Numbered from the stretch's first letter, positions 51,007-61,183 are shown. The stretch is DNA of 64,000 nt from Dehalococcoidia bacterium (GCA_046538235.1 JBKHJG010000006.1:54630-118629); one strand, 5' to 3'. Notes: generated by a model from the sequence alone, not told the origin. Made by a program: numbers and translations.

Positions 51007-53715
51007 ATGACGCAGCAATCTAACAGGGCCTGGTATAGGCTGACAAGTGATGAAGTGCTGGAGACATTGAAGACCAGCGCTGAAGGGCTCTCTTACGATG
51101 AAGTAGAGGCAAGGCAGAGACGCTATGGTTCCAATACCATAACGAGCGGCAAGGAAACGAGTGCCTGGGAAATACTCCTGCATCAGATTGCCAGTCCGCT
51201 GGTCTACGTACTGCTCGCGGCTATGGTGATCACGTTAGCTATCCAGCACTGGGCCGATGCTATCGTTATTGGCATTGTCGTCGTACTCAACACCGTCATC
51301 GGCTTTGTGCAGGAATACAGGGCGGAGAACGCCATACAAGCACTGATAAAACTGAGTTCCCCCAGGGCCACGGTGAGGCGGGGGAATCGCGAGGAAGACA
51401 TCGACAGCGGACTCGTTGTCCCGGGGGATATTGTGTTGCTGGCGGCTGGTGACATTGTGCCTGCAGACGTGCGCCTTTTCGACTCTGTCCGGCTTCAGAT
51501 AGACGAATCATTGCTGACCGGGGAATCGGTTCCTGCGCCCAAGTCCACCGAGGCCCTGGAGGAAGAAGACATACCTCTAGCTGACCAAGATAACATGGCC
51601 TTCATGGGCACTGCAGTTACCTCGGGCAGCGGCAAGGGCGTGGTGGTAGCGACAGGACAGCAGACGCAGATGGGCTCCATTGCCACAGACATCGTGACTA
51701 CCAGCCGGGCTGAGTCTCCGCTGCAGCGGCGCATGAGAAGCTTTGCCAAATGGGTCAGTATCATCATCATGGTGATTTCCGGCACAGCCTTCGGCATCGG
51801 TCTGGCCCTGGGCGAGCCTCTGGTGGATATGTTCCTCACTGCGGTTAGCCTGGCTGTTTCCGCCATGCCGGAAGGGCTACCGGTGGTGATGACCATTGCC
51901 CTTGCCGTGAGCGTGCAGAGGATGGCCAGGCGCAATGCAGTCGTGCGCCGCCTCCCAGCAGTAGAGACGCTGGGCAGTTGCACTGCCATTCTGTCCGACA
52001 AGACCGGAACCCTGACGCAAAACCAGATGACGGTGCAAGAGGTCTGGGCCGGAGACGCTCTTCTCCGGGTGACTGACGATGGCTTCTCCGCATATAGAGG
52101 CAGCCAGGAATCAACGGCCATCACAGGCCCGGATAAGGGCAGTCCTCTTCATGAGACCCTTGTAGCTGGAGTGTTAGCCAATGAAGCGTCGATCAGTCAC
52201 GATGATGGTGAGCTGATGACTAGAGGGGACCCGACCGAGGTTGCTCTTCTGATGAGTGGCAGCAAGGCGGGGCTGTACAGGGATGACCTGTTGCAGGAAT
52301 TCCCTCTGACTGACCAGATACCCTTTGACTCGCAGCAGCGGTACTCAGCGAGTATCCACACGTGGGATGACCACAAAATTGTCTTCGTCAAGGGCGCTCC
52401 AGAGCGGGTAGTCAAGATGTGCGATTCAATGTCCGGCCCGGACGGCGTAGCAGAGCTGGATAAGGATAGGGTCCTCAGTGAAGCACAGCGAATGGCTGAG
52501 GAAGGCCTGCGGGTGCTGGCCATGGCAAAGGCCGAGGAGGACCAGGCAGTAGACTCCATGCAAAGAGGCGAACCGAGTGGCTTCACCTTTCTCGGTCTCC
52601 AGGGAATGATGGACCCGCCCCGGGAGGACGCGGCCGGGGCGGTTGCCTCCTGTCACAGGGCCGGCATCCGCGTCATGATGGTCACTGGAGACAATCCGGC
52701 CACCGCTGCCGGCATTGCCCACAAGGTGGGCATAAGCCAGGAAAAGCCGGAGGTGCTTACCGGCACAGACCTGGAGCAGATGTCTGACCGTGAGCTGGAA
52801 GAAGCCCTGAGCAGGGTCCGGGTGTTTGCCAGGGTAGACCCTTCCCAGAAGCTGAGGCTGGTGAACATTCTGCGCAAGCAGGGCCAGATTATTGCAGTTA
52901 CCGGCGACGGCGTGAACGATGCACCGGCTCTCAAATCTGCTCATATTGGGGCATCCATGGGCAAATCGGGGACCGACGTAGCCAAGGAAGCGAGCGAGAT
53001 GGTGATAACGGATGATAACTTCGCCACCATATATGCCGCAGTCGAAGAAGGGCGAACGGTTTTCTCCAATATCCGCAAGGCTACCTTTTTCCTGATATCT
53101 TCCGGCATAGGTGAAGTACTGGCTATTCTGGGCAGCCTGACGATGGGCCTTCCTTTGCCCCTTCTTCCCGCCCAGATATTGTGGCTTAACGTAGTTACCA
53201 ATGGGGTTGAAGATGTGGCCCTTGCCTTCGAGCCGGGCGAAGAGGAGCAGTACCGCAGGCCACCGCGAGACCCGGGTGCGGGCATCCTCTCGAGGCTGCT
53301 CATAGAGCGTTCGATTATCGTTGGACTGATCATGGCAATTGGGACACTGGCCATGTTCGTGTGGGAAAGGGATGGGGGAGCTACTGTGGAATACGCCAGG
53401 GTGACCGCCCTCACCACACTGGTGATGTTCCAGATCTTCCATGTCTTCAACAGCAGGTCTGTACAGCGCTCCATTTTCCGTAAACACCCGCTGTCCAACA
53501 AGTTTCTGTTTGTGGGTGTAATAGCCTCCTTTGCCATCCACTTCGGCGCCATGTATTTCGGGCCTACCCAGTCCATACTGAGAATTGAGCCGCTGGCCAC
53601 GAGTACCTGGCTCAGACTGGTCCTCATCGCATCATCCATTCTGGTGGTTGTAGAGCTGCATAAGTTGCTCCGCCGTCCAAGCTATCTGGCGCGGCACCGG
53701 GACCCAGATGAGTAG
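51007..53715 (+). CDS. P-type cation-transporting ATPase (type IIA/IIB-like, Ca2+/Mg2+ class)
   Basis: LTGESVP, CSDKTGTLTQN, MVTGDN, VAVTGDGVNDAPALK. Ten-TM layout. Confidence 0.85.
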   Translation: MTQQSNRAWYRLTSDEVLETLKTSAEGLSYDEVEARQRRYGSNTITSGKETSAWEILLHQIASPLVYVLLAAMVITLAIQHWADAIVIGIVVVLNTVIGFVQEYRAENAIQALIKLSSPRATVRRGNREEDIDSGLVVPGDIVLLAAGDIVPADVRLFDSVRLQIDESLLTGESVPAPKSTEALEEEDIPLADQDNMAFMGTAVTSGSGKGVVVATGQQTQMGSIATDIVTTSRAESPLQRRMRSFAKWVSIIIMVISGTAFGIGLALGEPLVDMFLTAVSLAVSAMPEGLPVVMTIALAVSVQRMARRNAVVRRLPAVETLGSCTAILSDKTGTLTQNQMTVQEVWAGDALLRVTDDGFSAYRGSQESTAITGPDKGSPLHETLVAGVLANEASISHDDGELMTRGDPTEVALLMSGSKAGLYRDDLLQEFPLTDQIPFDSQQRYSASIHTWDDHKIVFVKGAPERVVKMCDSMSGPDGVAELDKDRVLSEAQRMAEEGLRVLAMAKAEEDQAVDSMQRGEPSGFTFLGLQGMMDPPREDAAGAVASCHRAGIRVMMVTGDNPATAAGIAHKVGISQEKPEVLTGTDLEQMSDRELEEALSRVRVFARVDPSQKLRLVNILRKQGQIIAVTGDGVNDAPALKSAHIGASMGKSGTDVAKEASEMVITDDNFATIYAAVEEGRTVFSNIRKATFFLISSGIGEVLAILGSLTMGLPLPLLPAQILWLNVVTNGVEDVALAFEPGEEEQYRRPPRDPGAGILSRLLIERSIIVGLIMAIGTLAMFVWERDGGATVEYARVTALTTLVMFQIFHVFNSRSVQRSIFRKHPLSNKFLFVGVIASFAIHFGAMYFGPTQSILRIEPLATSTWLRLVLIASSILVVVELHKLLRRPSYLARHRDPDE

Positions 53716-53878
53716 GGGAGGTATGGATGGACAAGCAACTGTTTCGCGGAACCAGACCAGTCGTGCGTTGTCGACAGATGCTGCGCACGCTTCGGAGGGT
53801 AGACTTCATGAATGGCTCGGCCAGCGGGCGCTCTGCCATGCTCACAGTCCGGGCACGCAGGATTGCGGCATAGCCACC

Positions 53879-56611
53879 TCAGCCGCGAAGGGCTCTGTTC
53901 TTCTGGAACGGGAAGTCGGCAGGTTGCCATTTGCCCCAACTGAACAATCGCGGTTGCATAAGTTTGCGCACCGTCTCAACTATGAATGTGGCAGCACCGG
54001 GGGCCAAGGCGATCAGCCACCCAGTAATGCCTATTGAGACCGTGCCAAATGCTGTCTGCAGGAAAGGAACATAGACAACCGACATCTGCAGCGGGATAGC
54101 GATGGAGAGTGCTACGAACATCCAGCGATTACGGAAGACCCCCAACTGGAAGATGGTTTGCTCATCCGAGCGTGCATTGAAGGCGATGAGCCATTCGAAC
54201 ATGACCACGCTGCAGAAAACGATGGTACGGGCTTCCTCCAAGCTGGTCCCGGTCGTCGTGAACCTGAAGACCAACTCCTTGCCGATTCCCAGCATTCCCG
54301 CCAGAAAGACGGCGCGCAGTATCAGGCCGGGGAACAGGATTCCAACTCTGGGGTGGCGGGGTGGCCTCTCTAGCTCATCACGCGTTCTTGGCTCAAGACC
54401 GAGGGGCACTGCCATTATGGTACCTGTCACCAGGTTGACCCACAGAATCTGCAGGGTTGTGAGCGGCGCCATGCCCAGGGAAACAATGCCCAGCACCAGC
54501 ACCATCAGTTCGCCCAGGCCGGTGGCCAACAGGAACAGTACCACATTACGCAGCCGGTCAAATATTGCCCTCCCTTCCTCCACGGCGGCTACCACAGATG
54601 CGAAGTTGTCATCTACCAGGACCATGTCCGAGGCTTCCTTGGCGACATCGGTGCCGGTAATGCCCGTGGCGATGCCGATGTCAGCAGCTTTGAGCGCAGG
54701 AGCGTCGTTGACACCATCCCCAGTGACAGCCACGACATGTCCGCGCTTCCTAAAGCCATTGACAATCTTAAGCTTGAGGACGGGTTCCACGCGGGCAATA
54801 ACCGAGACTCCGTCTATCCGCTGCGATAGCTCATCAGTGCCCATCTTGTCGATATCGGCCCCAGTGAGAGTTTCACCAATTGGCAGTCTGAGCTGCCGAG
54901 CAACTGACTCGGCAGTCAACTCGTTGTCTCCAGTAATGATGACCACTTTGATGCCGGCCCTTGTGGCCTGTTTGACCGCTTCGATAGCTTCCTGGCGAGG
55001 CGGGTCGATCATGCCTGCCAATCCCACGAACACCAGCTTGCCGTCCACGTCCTCCTCTTTGACTTCCGCCAGTCGTCCGGGATGCTCAGCATAGGCAAGT
55101 GCCATAACCCTCATGGCATCCCTTGCCATGGTATCGCTTGCCTTCATGATTGCTTCCCTGTCTCCTTTTTCCAGCGGAGCCGGCCTGCCATCTTTCAGTA
55201 TGCTGTGACTCATATGCAGCAGCGTTTCCACTGCGCCCTTAACATAGACCGTCATGCCGCCTTCGCCGTGGTGGAGCGTGGCCATGTAGCGCCGCTCACT
55301 CTGGAAAGGAACCTCGTCCAGGCGGGGATATGTTTCCTCTAGTTCCTCTTCGTTCAGGCCAGCCTTGGCGGCTGCCACCAGCAATGCCCCCTCGGTGGGG
55401 TCACCCACGATACTGAAGGAGCCCGTGCCGGACAAAAGGAGTGCATCGTTGCACAGGGCGCCTATCCTGAGCAGCAGGGCCAGGGACTCTTCTTCTCCAG
55501 GGTCTATGTTCTTATCCTGGCGGCGAAACTCGCCTTCTATGCGGCAGCCTTCGCCAGTGATATTGACCCAATTCTCGTCGACGTAGAGCTTTCTCACCGT
55601 CATCTCGTTCATGGTCAGTGTGCCGGTCTTGTCAGAGCAGATGACGGTGGCAGAGCCCAGCCTCTCCACTGCCACCAATCGGCGGATAAGGGCATTGCGC
55701 GAAGCCATGCAATGCATACCAGCGGCCAGGACCACGCTGACCACCCCAGGCAGGCCTTCAGGTATGGCCGCCACTGCTGCTGCCACTGCCACACGGAATA
55801 TCTGCAACCAGTCCAGGCCGCGCCAGATCCCGACGGCAACCAGCACGGTACAGGCGCTGAGGACGATGAAGATGATATACCGTCCCAGAGCGGCGATGCT
55901 CCTCTGCAAGGGCGTCTGCTCCTGTTTAACTTCGTGGATGGCGGTGGTGATGCTGCCCATCTCGGTAGCCATGCCGGTCGCCACCACCACAGCGCTGGCC
56001 CGTCCGCTGGTTATGACCGTGCCCATATACACCATGTTCTTCCGGTCGGCCAGGGCAGCGTCGCCGCCGATAGTGCCGGTGTGCTTGTCTACAGTCAGAG
56101 ACTCGCCTGTGAGCGCGGCCTCGTTCACCGTGAGATTGGCCACCTCTATCAACCGAGCGTCGGCCGGGATTTTGTCCCCGGACTCAAGTATAAGAATGTC
56201 GCCCGGCACTATCTCCTGGAACCGGATTTCCCGTGGTTTGCCAGCGCGCCTGACCCTGGTCCTGGGTGCTGCCAGGTCCATGAGGACCTCCATGGCCCTC
56301 TCTGCCCTTCCTTCTCGCACGTAGCCAATACCGACCATGAGCAGCAGCACTGCCATTATCACCGCCGCATCCAGGTACTGCTGCACAAGAAGCTCGACAA
56401 TAGCTGCGGCAAGCAGTATATAGACCAGCGGGCTGAGGAACTGCCGGAGAAAGACCACTATGGCGGGCACCTTCCTGTTGCGCTCAAGCTCGTTGGGACC
56501 GTGTTTGTCTAGCCTGCTCCTGGCTTCGGATGTGGAAAGCCCGGAACGCGACGAATTGAGCCTGTTCAGAGCTTCATCCGGGCTGAGGTTATGCCACTGC
56601 TTTTCTGACAT
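53879..56611 (-). CDS. P-type cation-transporting ATPase, a paralog convergent with 51007-53715
   Basis: LTGESLT, CSDKTGTLTMN, ITGDN, VAVTGDGVNDAPALK. Confidence 0.85.
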   Translation of the reverse strand: MSEKQWHNLSPDEALNRLNSSRSGLSTSEARSRLDKHGPNELERNRKVPAIVVFLRQFLSPLVYILLAAAIVELLVQQYLDAAVIMAVLLLMVGIGYVREGRAERAMEVLMDLAAPRTRVRRAGKPREIRFQEIVPGDILILESGDKIPADARLIEVANLTVNEAALTGESLTVDKHTGTIGGDAALADRKNMVYMGTVITSGRASAVVVATGMATEMGSITTAIHEVKQEQTPLQRSIAALGRYIIFIVLSACTVLVAVGIWRGLDWLQIFRVAVAAAVAAIPEGLPGVVSVVLAAGMHCMASRNALIRRLVAVERLGSATVICSDKTGTLTMNEMTVRKLYVDENWVNITGEGCRIEGEFRRQDKNIDPGEEESLALLLRIGALCNDALLLSGTGSFSIVGDPTEGALLVAAAKAGLNEEELEETYPRLDEVPFQSERRYMATLHHGEGGMTVYVKGAVETLLHMSHSILKDGRPAPLEKGDREAIMKASDTMARDAMRVMALAYAEHPGRLAEVKEEDVDGKLVFVGLAGMIDPPRQEAIEAVKQATRAGIKVVIITGDNELTAESVARQLRLPIGETLTGADIDKMGTDELSQRIDGVSVIARVEPVLKLKIVNGFRKRGHVVAVTGDGVNDAPALKAADIGIATGITGTDVAKEASDMVLVDDNFASVVAAVEEGRAIFDRLRNVVLFLLATGLGELMVLVLGIVSLGMAPLTTLQILWVNLVTGTIMAVPLGLEPRTRDELERPPRHPRVGILFPGLILRAVFLAGMLGIGKELVFRFTTTGTSLEEARTIVFCSVVMFEWLIAFNARSDEQTIFQLGVFRNRWMFVALSIAIPLQMSVVYVPFLQTAFGTVSIGITGWLIALAPGAATFIVETVRKLMQPRLFSWGKWQPADFPFQKNRALRG

Positions 56612-56751
56612 CCTTCTGCGCGGGCGTGTCGTAGTACACTAGTCTGGTTCTTTGGTGAGGAGCCATCTGGACCGCGTCATCTTCGTTGGCGGGTGATTTG
56701 CCTGGTTGCCTCAAGCAGAATGCGCGTCCGTCGCCTCTGCTTCAGACGTGG

Positions 56752-56994
56752 CTACTGCAGCTGCCCTCTGGGAACCCACGCACCGCTCCTGCTATCCTTG
56801 CGGTACTCCTGTTTCACCGCGGCCCAGGCAACCTTGTGGGCAACCTCTTCGAGACTCGCACCGCCGCGTCGCTTCTGCGGGTCTGCGTACTGCTCGGTGG
56901 CATTGTTGTAGGCAGCAAGGTATATCTCCTGAGCGTGTCGTGGCAGGCTGTTCCTCACGCTCTCAGGAAGCTCGTCCACGTCCTTGTAAGGCAT
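56752..56994 (-). CDS. chaB: ChaB-family protein
   Basis: MPYKDVDELPESVRNSLPRHAQEIYLAAYNNA...EEVAHKVAWAAVKQEY follows the ChaB pattern. AAGGAGG lies 6 nt before ATG 56994. Confidence 0.75.
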   Translation of the reverse strand: MPYKDVDELPESVRNSLPRHAQEIYLAAYNNATEQYADPQKRRGGASLEEVAHKVAWAAVKQEYRKDSRSGAWVPRGQLQ

Positions 56995-57044
56995 TTCAAC
57001 CTCCTTGGCCGGGACGACCATTGAGCATACAGGCCGGGCCGGCC

Positions 57045-58181
57045 TCAGTATCGCAATATGGCTGCTATCTGTGTTTGACCGGGTACCTGATCAGGTGCCC
57101 GGGAATATACCGTGCCGTCTTTCGTCAATGTGTGAGCGGCCGCGAAATCAAGCAAGTCTTCAAGGCCAGGCGCTTTTTCTTCGTACAGGCGGACCTTGCG
57201 AGTTTCCGGATCGAAGTGTCCCCACTGCTGAACACCGGCGGCAACAAAGAGCGTATCGATCCTCCCGTCATACGCTGCCAGGACGGCCTGCTTTACCTCG
57301 CTAGTGGCAAGCCCTCTGGCAGCAGCCTCGTCATACCTCTGCAGCGCCTCAGCCCGACCGCGTTCAAAATGGGGCTGCACAACAGGCCATGCACGTTCCT
57401 GCAGCGTTTTCTCGCTCAGTTCGTCGGGACTGCCCTCAAGCCCCTCGTCCAGCAGGTTCCTATATCTGTTCGCCTCACGATATATAGGATGCAGGTAGTC
57501 GACGGCGGCGATGACAAGGGGTGCGTGCTCATCCTTCAGTACTTCATGCAGTCCCCGATCAACCTGCTGGAAATATCGCAGAATGCTAACCTTGTCGTAG
57601 TCTTTGCTGACGCCGTGGCCATGGGATACGGTCATGCCGCCCGGTCCCGTCGTGTGGAACTGGTGCTGTTTCTCTGGCTGATCGTATCTTAAGGCTTCGG
57701 CCAGATTGGTGGGGACACCAGATGGCGTGACCTCTCGAACACTATGGCGGGTGCATTGGAGCAACCTGGCCTGACTTTGGCTCAATGCCAGAACGTAGAA
57801 GACCCCGTTCTCACTGAACAACGGGATGAGGGGCTTTATATGAAATCGCTGAGCAACGACTGCTAGCTCCGGGAAGCCAATCGGGACACGGTAGTACCGG
57901 TATAGCCCGGCCGACAGGAAGAGGGCCAGGCCATCGCCCAGGTATTGCCAGAAATGCGAATCATCCAGCAGTTGCTGGGGCGGTCCGAGGAGTCTGCGGG
58001 CATCCGGGATCCGTAGCCCATAGCCAATCAGATGATCCTCTGTTTCCCGGAGCAGGTTCTTTAGCGTGATTCGGTCCTGCTCAACTTCGCCGACGCGGTG
58101 AGTGGGCATGTAAACAGAGACTGCGGGATCGCCATGGTTCTGGATGAGTGTATTCAGTTCCTCCTTGGACAGCAACCTCAT
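57045..58181 (-). CDS. Putative bacterial archaeo-eukaryotic release-factor-like (baeRF family) protein
   Basis: The N-terminus ...PAVSVYMPTHRVGEVEQDRITLKNLLRETEDHL... and the ~380 aa size resemble my memory of baeRF-domain proteins (VS.Y.PTHR......D.I..KNL). AGGAGG lies 7 nt before ATG 58181. Needs HMM confirmation. Confidence 0.45.
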   Translation of the reverse strand: MRLLSKEELNTLIQNHGDPAVSVYMPTHRVGEVEQDRITLKNLLRETEDHLIGYGLRIPDARRLLGPPQQLLDDSHFWQYLGDGLALFLSAGLYRYYRVPIGFPELAVVAQRFHIKPLIPLFSENGVFYVLALSQSQARLLQCTRHSVREVTPSGVPTNLAEALRYDQPEKQHQFHTTGPGGMTVSHGHGVSKDYDKVSILRYFQQVDRGLHEVLKDEHAPLVIAAVDYLHPIYREANRYRNLLDEGLEGSPDELSEKTLQERAWPVVQPHFERGRAEALQRYDEAAARGLATSEVKQAVLAAYDGRIDTLFVAAGVQQWGHFDPETRKVRLYEEKAPGLEDLLDFAAAHTLTKDGTVYSRAPDQVPGQTQIAAILRY

Positions 58182-58314
58182 ATGATTACCTCCTATTCGA
58201 ATCGGCCTGCGTTGGGCCAGGGCTTCCCGTGGAGCGCGGAGCTGTCGGCTGCCTGTGGCCATTATTCTACCACAGCGACAGCCCCGTTTCCCATACGACC
58301 AGTCCCGCTCGTTG

Positions 58315-58343
58315 TTGACAAGTTGCTCTTTGGCGTCTATCCT
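58315..58343 (+). promoter_or_regulatory. Candidate promoter of the ferritin-like/suf/O2-detox gene string
   Basis: TTGACA (58315-58320), 17 nt spacer, TATCCT (58338-58343). It leaves a ~290 nt leader. Confidence 0.4.
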
Positions 58344-58637
58344 TATGCATGCCTGTCTCTACCCGAGCCGCCCTTTTGACCGTGTGTCGCGATCTGTGGC
58401 AGGGATTTTAAAGGGATGTCCGGTCACGGTATCGAAGTCTGAGTTGTGCGTGAGGCAATGTCTGGTGTGCGGGAGCGAAAGCGAAGAACGATGGTTCTCA
58501 GAGAAGTGGGTGGGGACAAGCGCCCTGAGGCCTGCCGAGGCAAGGCAGGTTTGAGCATGGCAGGAGGCGGCGGGGCAGCATCCTGGGGGCGGGATGTCGA
58601 GCCGGTGAAGTCGTGAGCCATGGAAAGGAGTGCGGAA

Positions 58638-59168
58638 ATGAAAAGCGAACAGTCAAAGGCGATTGAGGTCCTTCGGTCCGCTGTTCGTATGGAGGTTGAG
58701 GGCAAGGAGTTCTACCAGCAGGCAAGTCGGAAGAGCAGCAACAAGCTGGCTAAGGAGCTGTTTCAGCAGCTGGCCAATGAAGAGGATGTTCACCGTAAGA
58801 AGGTTGAGGAAATATATGAGCACTTAAGTAGTGGGCGGGATTGGCCTGACATAGAACCACCACGTGAGAGAGGAAAGGGACTCAAATCCCTTTTCGCGGA
58901 AGCCACTGAGGCACTGGGCACTGAACTCAAGCCAGCCGGGTCCGACCTCGAGGCTATCAAGATAGCCATGGACATGGAGGCTAAGTCCTATGACCTGTAT
59001 CACTCCCGAGCTGAAGAAAGTGCTCTGCCTGTGGAAAAGGGGTTCTACGAGTCTCTGGCGGGGGAGGAACGGGGACACCATCTCGCCCTTGTGGAGTCCT
59101 ACGAGTATATCAGCGACCCTGCAGGGTGGTTCTCCAAGGGAGAGCACTGGTCGCTGGACGGAGCTTAG
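58638..59168 (+). CDS. Ferritin-like (rubrerythrin-family diiron four-helix-bundle) protein
   Basis: EVEGKEFY...LANEEDVH... and ...MEAKSYDLY...LAGEERGHH form two E...ExxH pairs. Start chosen at ATG 58638 (GGAAAGGAG upstream). Confidence 0.7.
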   Translation: MKSEQSKAIEVLRSAVRMEVEGKEFYQQASRKSSNKLAKELFQQLANEEDVHRKKVEEIYEHLSSGRDWPDIEPPRERGKGLKSLFAEATEALGTELKPAGSDLEAIKIAMDMEAKSYDLYHSRAEESALPVEKGFYESLAGEERGHHLALVESYEYISDPAGWFSKGEHWSLDGA

Positions 59169-59190
59169 GTCCTAGAGAGGAGGAGACATC

Positions 59191-59955
59191 ATGGGGGACG
59201 TTGCCTTAAGTATTGAGCAGCTAACCGTGGAGGTGGAGGGGCGGGAGATTCTGCGTAATGTGGACCTGCAGATGAAGCTGGGCGAGACCCATGTTCTATT
59301 CGGGCCGAATGGGAGCGGAAAGACCACCTTGCTCATGTCAATAATGGGGTTCCCCAGGTATCGGGTAACCGGTGGCAAGATCATGTTCAGGGGCCGGGAC
59401 ATAACCGGGTTGCCGCTGGATGAGAGGGCCAGGTTAGGGATAGGGATGTCCTTCCAGCGGCCGCCGGTGGTTCGTGGCGTCAAGACGCGAGATATGGTGG
59501 CTGCCTGCTTGAAAGGGCAGGAGCATGAACAGACCATTAACCAGCTGTCTGAGAAAGCCGACCTGTCCGATCTGCTGGACAGGGAGATAAACTACGGGTT
59601 CTCGGGAGGCGAGATAAAGCGATCCGAGTTGATGCAGTTGCTGGCGCAAAGGCCGACACTGACCTTGATAGACGAGCCTGAGTCAGGCGTCGACCTGGTG
59701 AACATCGCCCTTATCGGCCAATTGCTGAACGAGCTGCTGGAGAAGGACTGTCCCATACCTGAGCGGAAATGCATGGGACTCATCATTACCCACACCGGGC
59801 ATATTCTGGACTATGTTAACGCACGCACCGGGTATGTGATGTGTGATGGTGTGATTGGATGCGAGGGAGACCCGCATGAGATTCTGGCCGCGATCAGAGA
59901 GAGAGGGTACCAGGAATGCATCAAGTGCTTTCTGAGGAGGGCGTCAAGTGGTTGA
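59191..59955 (+). CDS. sufC: Fe-S cluster assembly ATPase SufC
   Basis: GPNGSGKTTL (Walker A), FSGGEIKRSELMQL (signature), TLIDEPESGVD (Walker B), ITH. Confidence 0.85.
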   Translation: MGDVALSIEQLTVEVEGREILRNVDLQMKLGETHVLFGPNGSGKTTLLMSIMGFPRYRVTGGKIMFRGRDITGLPLDERARLGIGMSFQRPPVVRGVKTRDMVAACLKGQEHEQTINQLSEKADLSDLLDREINYGFSGGEIKRSELMQLLAQRPTLTLIDEPESGVDLVNIALIGQLLNELLEKDCPIPERKCMGLIITHTGHILDYVNARTGYVMCDGVIGCEGDPHEILAAIRERGYQECIKCFLRRASSG

Positions 59956-61183
59956 AACAAGACCTTCCAAGACGAGTAAGGATAAGGCGGAAGCGGCAGC
60001 CGCCAAGCTGGCGGCGTTTGGCGAGAATGTAGATCTGGACGATTATGTCAGTTCAGCTGACGAGCAGCCCTACCAGCCCGACCCTTCCAATCTGCCTGCC
60101 GCAGCCAGGGAGCAGATGATGGGTGCAGGAGTGGTGCTGGATGACCCGAGCCAGAGGGCGGGGACCTTCATTCAGATGGACAACGCTGCGGTGCACGCTT
60201 CGGTCAGACAAGAGGGCGTAGAAGTTATGGCCGTGAGCCGGGCTCTGGACAAGTATGACTGGCTATCGGACTACTGGTGGCAGGCGGTGGCCGTTGATAC
60301 TGACAAATATACTGCCAACGTGGAGTTAAACCAGCATGATGGTTACTTCATCAGGGCATTGCCGGGTCAAAAGACCGTCTACCCGGTTCAGGCCTGTCTG
60401 TACCTGACAAAGGCACGGCTTGCTCAGAACGTGCACAACATCATCATCGCAGAGGAGGGCTCCGAACTGCATATCATCACCGGCTGTACGGCTGCCCCTG
60501 GAAAGGAGGCCGGCCTGCATCTGGGCGTGTCCGAATTTTACATAAAGAGGGGGGCCAAGGTCACCTTCACCATGATACATAATTGGAATCGGGAGGTCGC
60601 TGTTCGCCCGCGCTCGGCAGCGGTCGTTGAGGAGGATGGCCTGTTTCTCAGCAACTACGTGCTTACGAAGCCGGTCCGTTCGCTACAGACGTATCCGACG
60701 GCGACGTGTGCGGGTGATAACGCAGTTGTGAGGTTCAACAGCATTTTGGTGGCATCACCGGGGTCATCGCTCGATGCTGGTTCTCGGGTCATCCTCAATG
60801 CCAGGGGCGCGAAGACGGAGATCATATCCCGGGCCATAACCACGGGCGGCACTATTGCCGCGCGCGGTTACGTTGAAGGTAATGCTCCTGATGTCAAAGG
60901 TCACCTCGAGTGCCGGGGGCTGATTCTGACGGGTGAGGGCACGATCCATGCCATACCCGAGCTCAAGGGGACTCTGGCCGGCATCGATCTATCGCATGAG
61001 GCGGCTGTGGGCAAGATAGCCGAAGAAGAGGTGGAATATCTCATGGCGCGGGGGCTGACCAGGAGCGAAGCCACCGCCACCATAGTTAGAGGATTCCTGA
61101 GGGTGGATATAGAGGGACTGCCGGCGATGCTGGGGACTGAACTGCAGCGGGCAATTGAAGCCACCGAACAGGACCTTATGTAG
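59948..61183 (+). CDS. sufB: SufB/SufD-family Fe-S cluster assembly scaffold
   Basis: The beta-helix region ...IIIAEEGSELHIITGC...FTMIHNW...ILVASPGSSLDAGSRVILNARGAKTEIISRAI... and the C-terminal EEEVEYLMARGLTRSEATATIVRGF are typical of SufB/D. It overlaps sufC by 8 nt. Confidence 0.8.
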   Translation: MVETRPSKTSKDKAEAAAAKLAAFGENVDLDDYVSSADEQPYQPDPSNLPAAAREQMMGAGVVLDDPSQRAGTFIQMDNAAVHASVRQEGVEVMAVSRALDKYDWLSDYWWQAVAVDTDKYTANVELNQHDGYFIRALPGQKTVYPVQACLYLTKARLAQNVHNIIIAEEGSELHIITGCTAAPGKEAGLHLGVSEFYIKRGAKVTFTMIHNWNREVAVRPRSAAVVEEDGLFLSNYVLTKPVRSLQTYPTATCAGDNAVVRFNSILVASPGSSLDAGSRVILNARGAKTEIISRAITTGGTIAARGYVEGNAPDVKGHLECRGLILTGEGTIHAIPELKGTLAGIDLSHEAAVGKIAEEEVEYLMARGLTRSEATATIVRGFLRVDIEGLPAMLGTELQRAIEATEQDLM

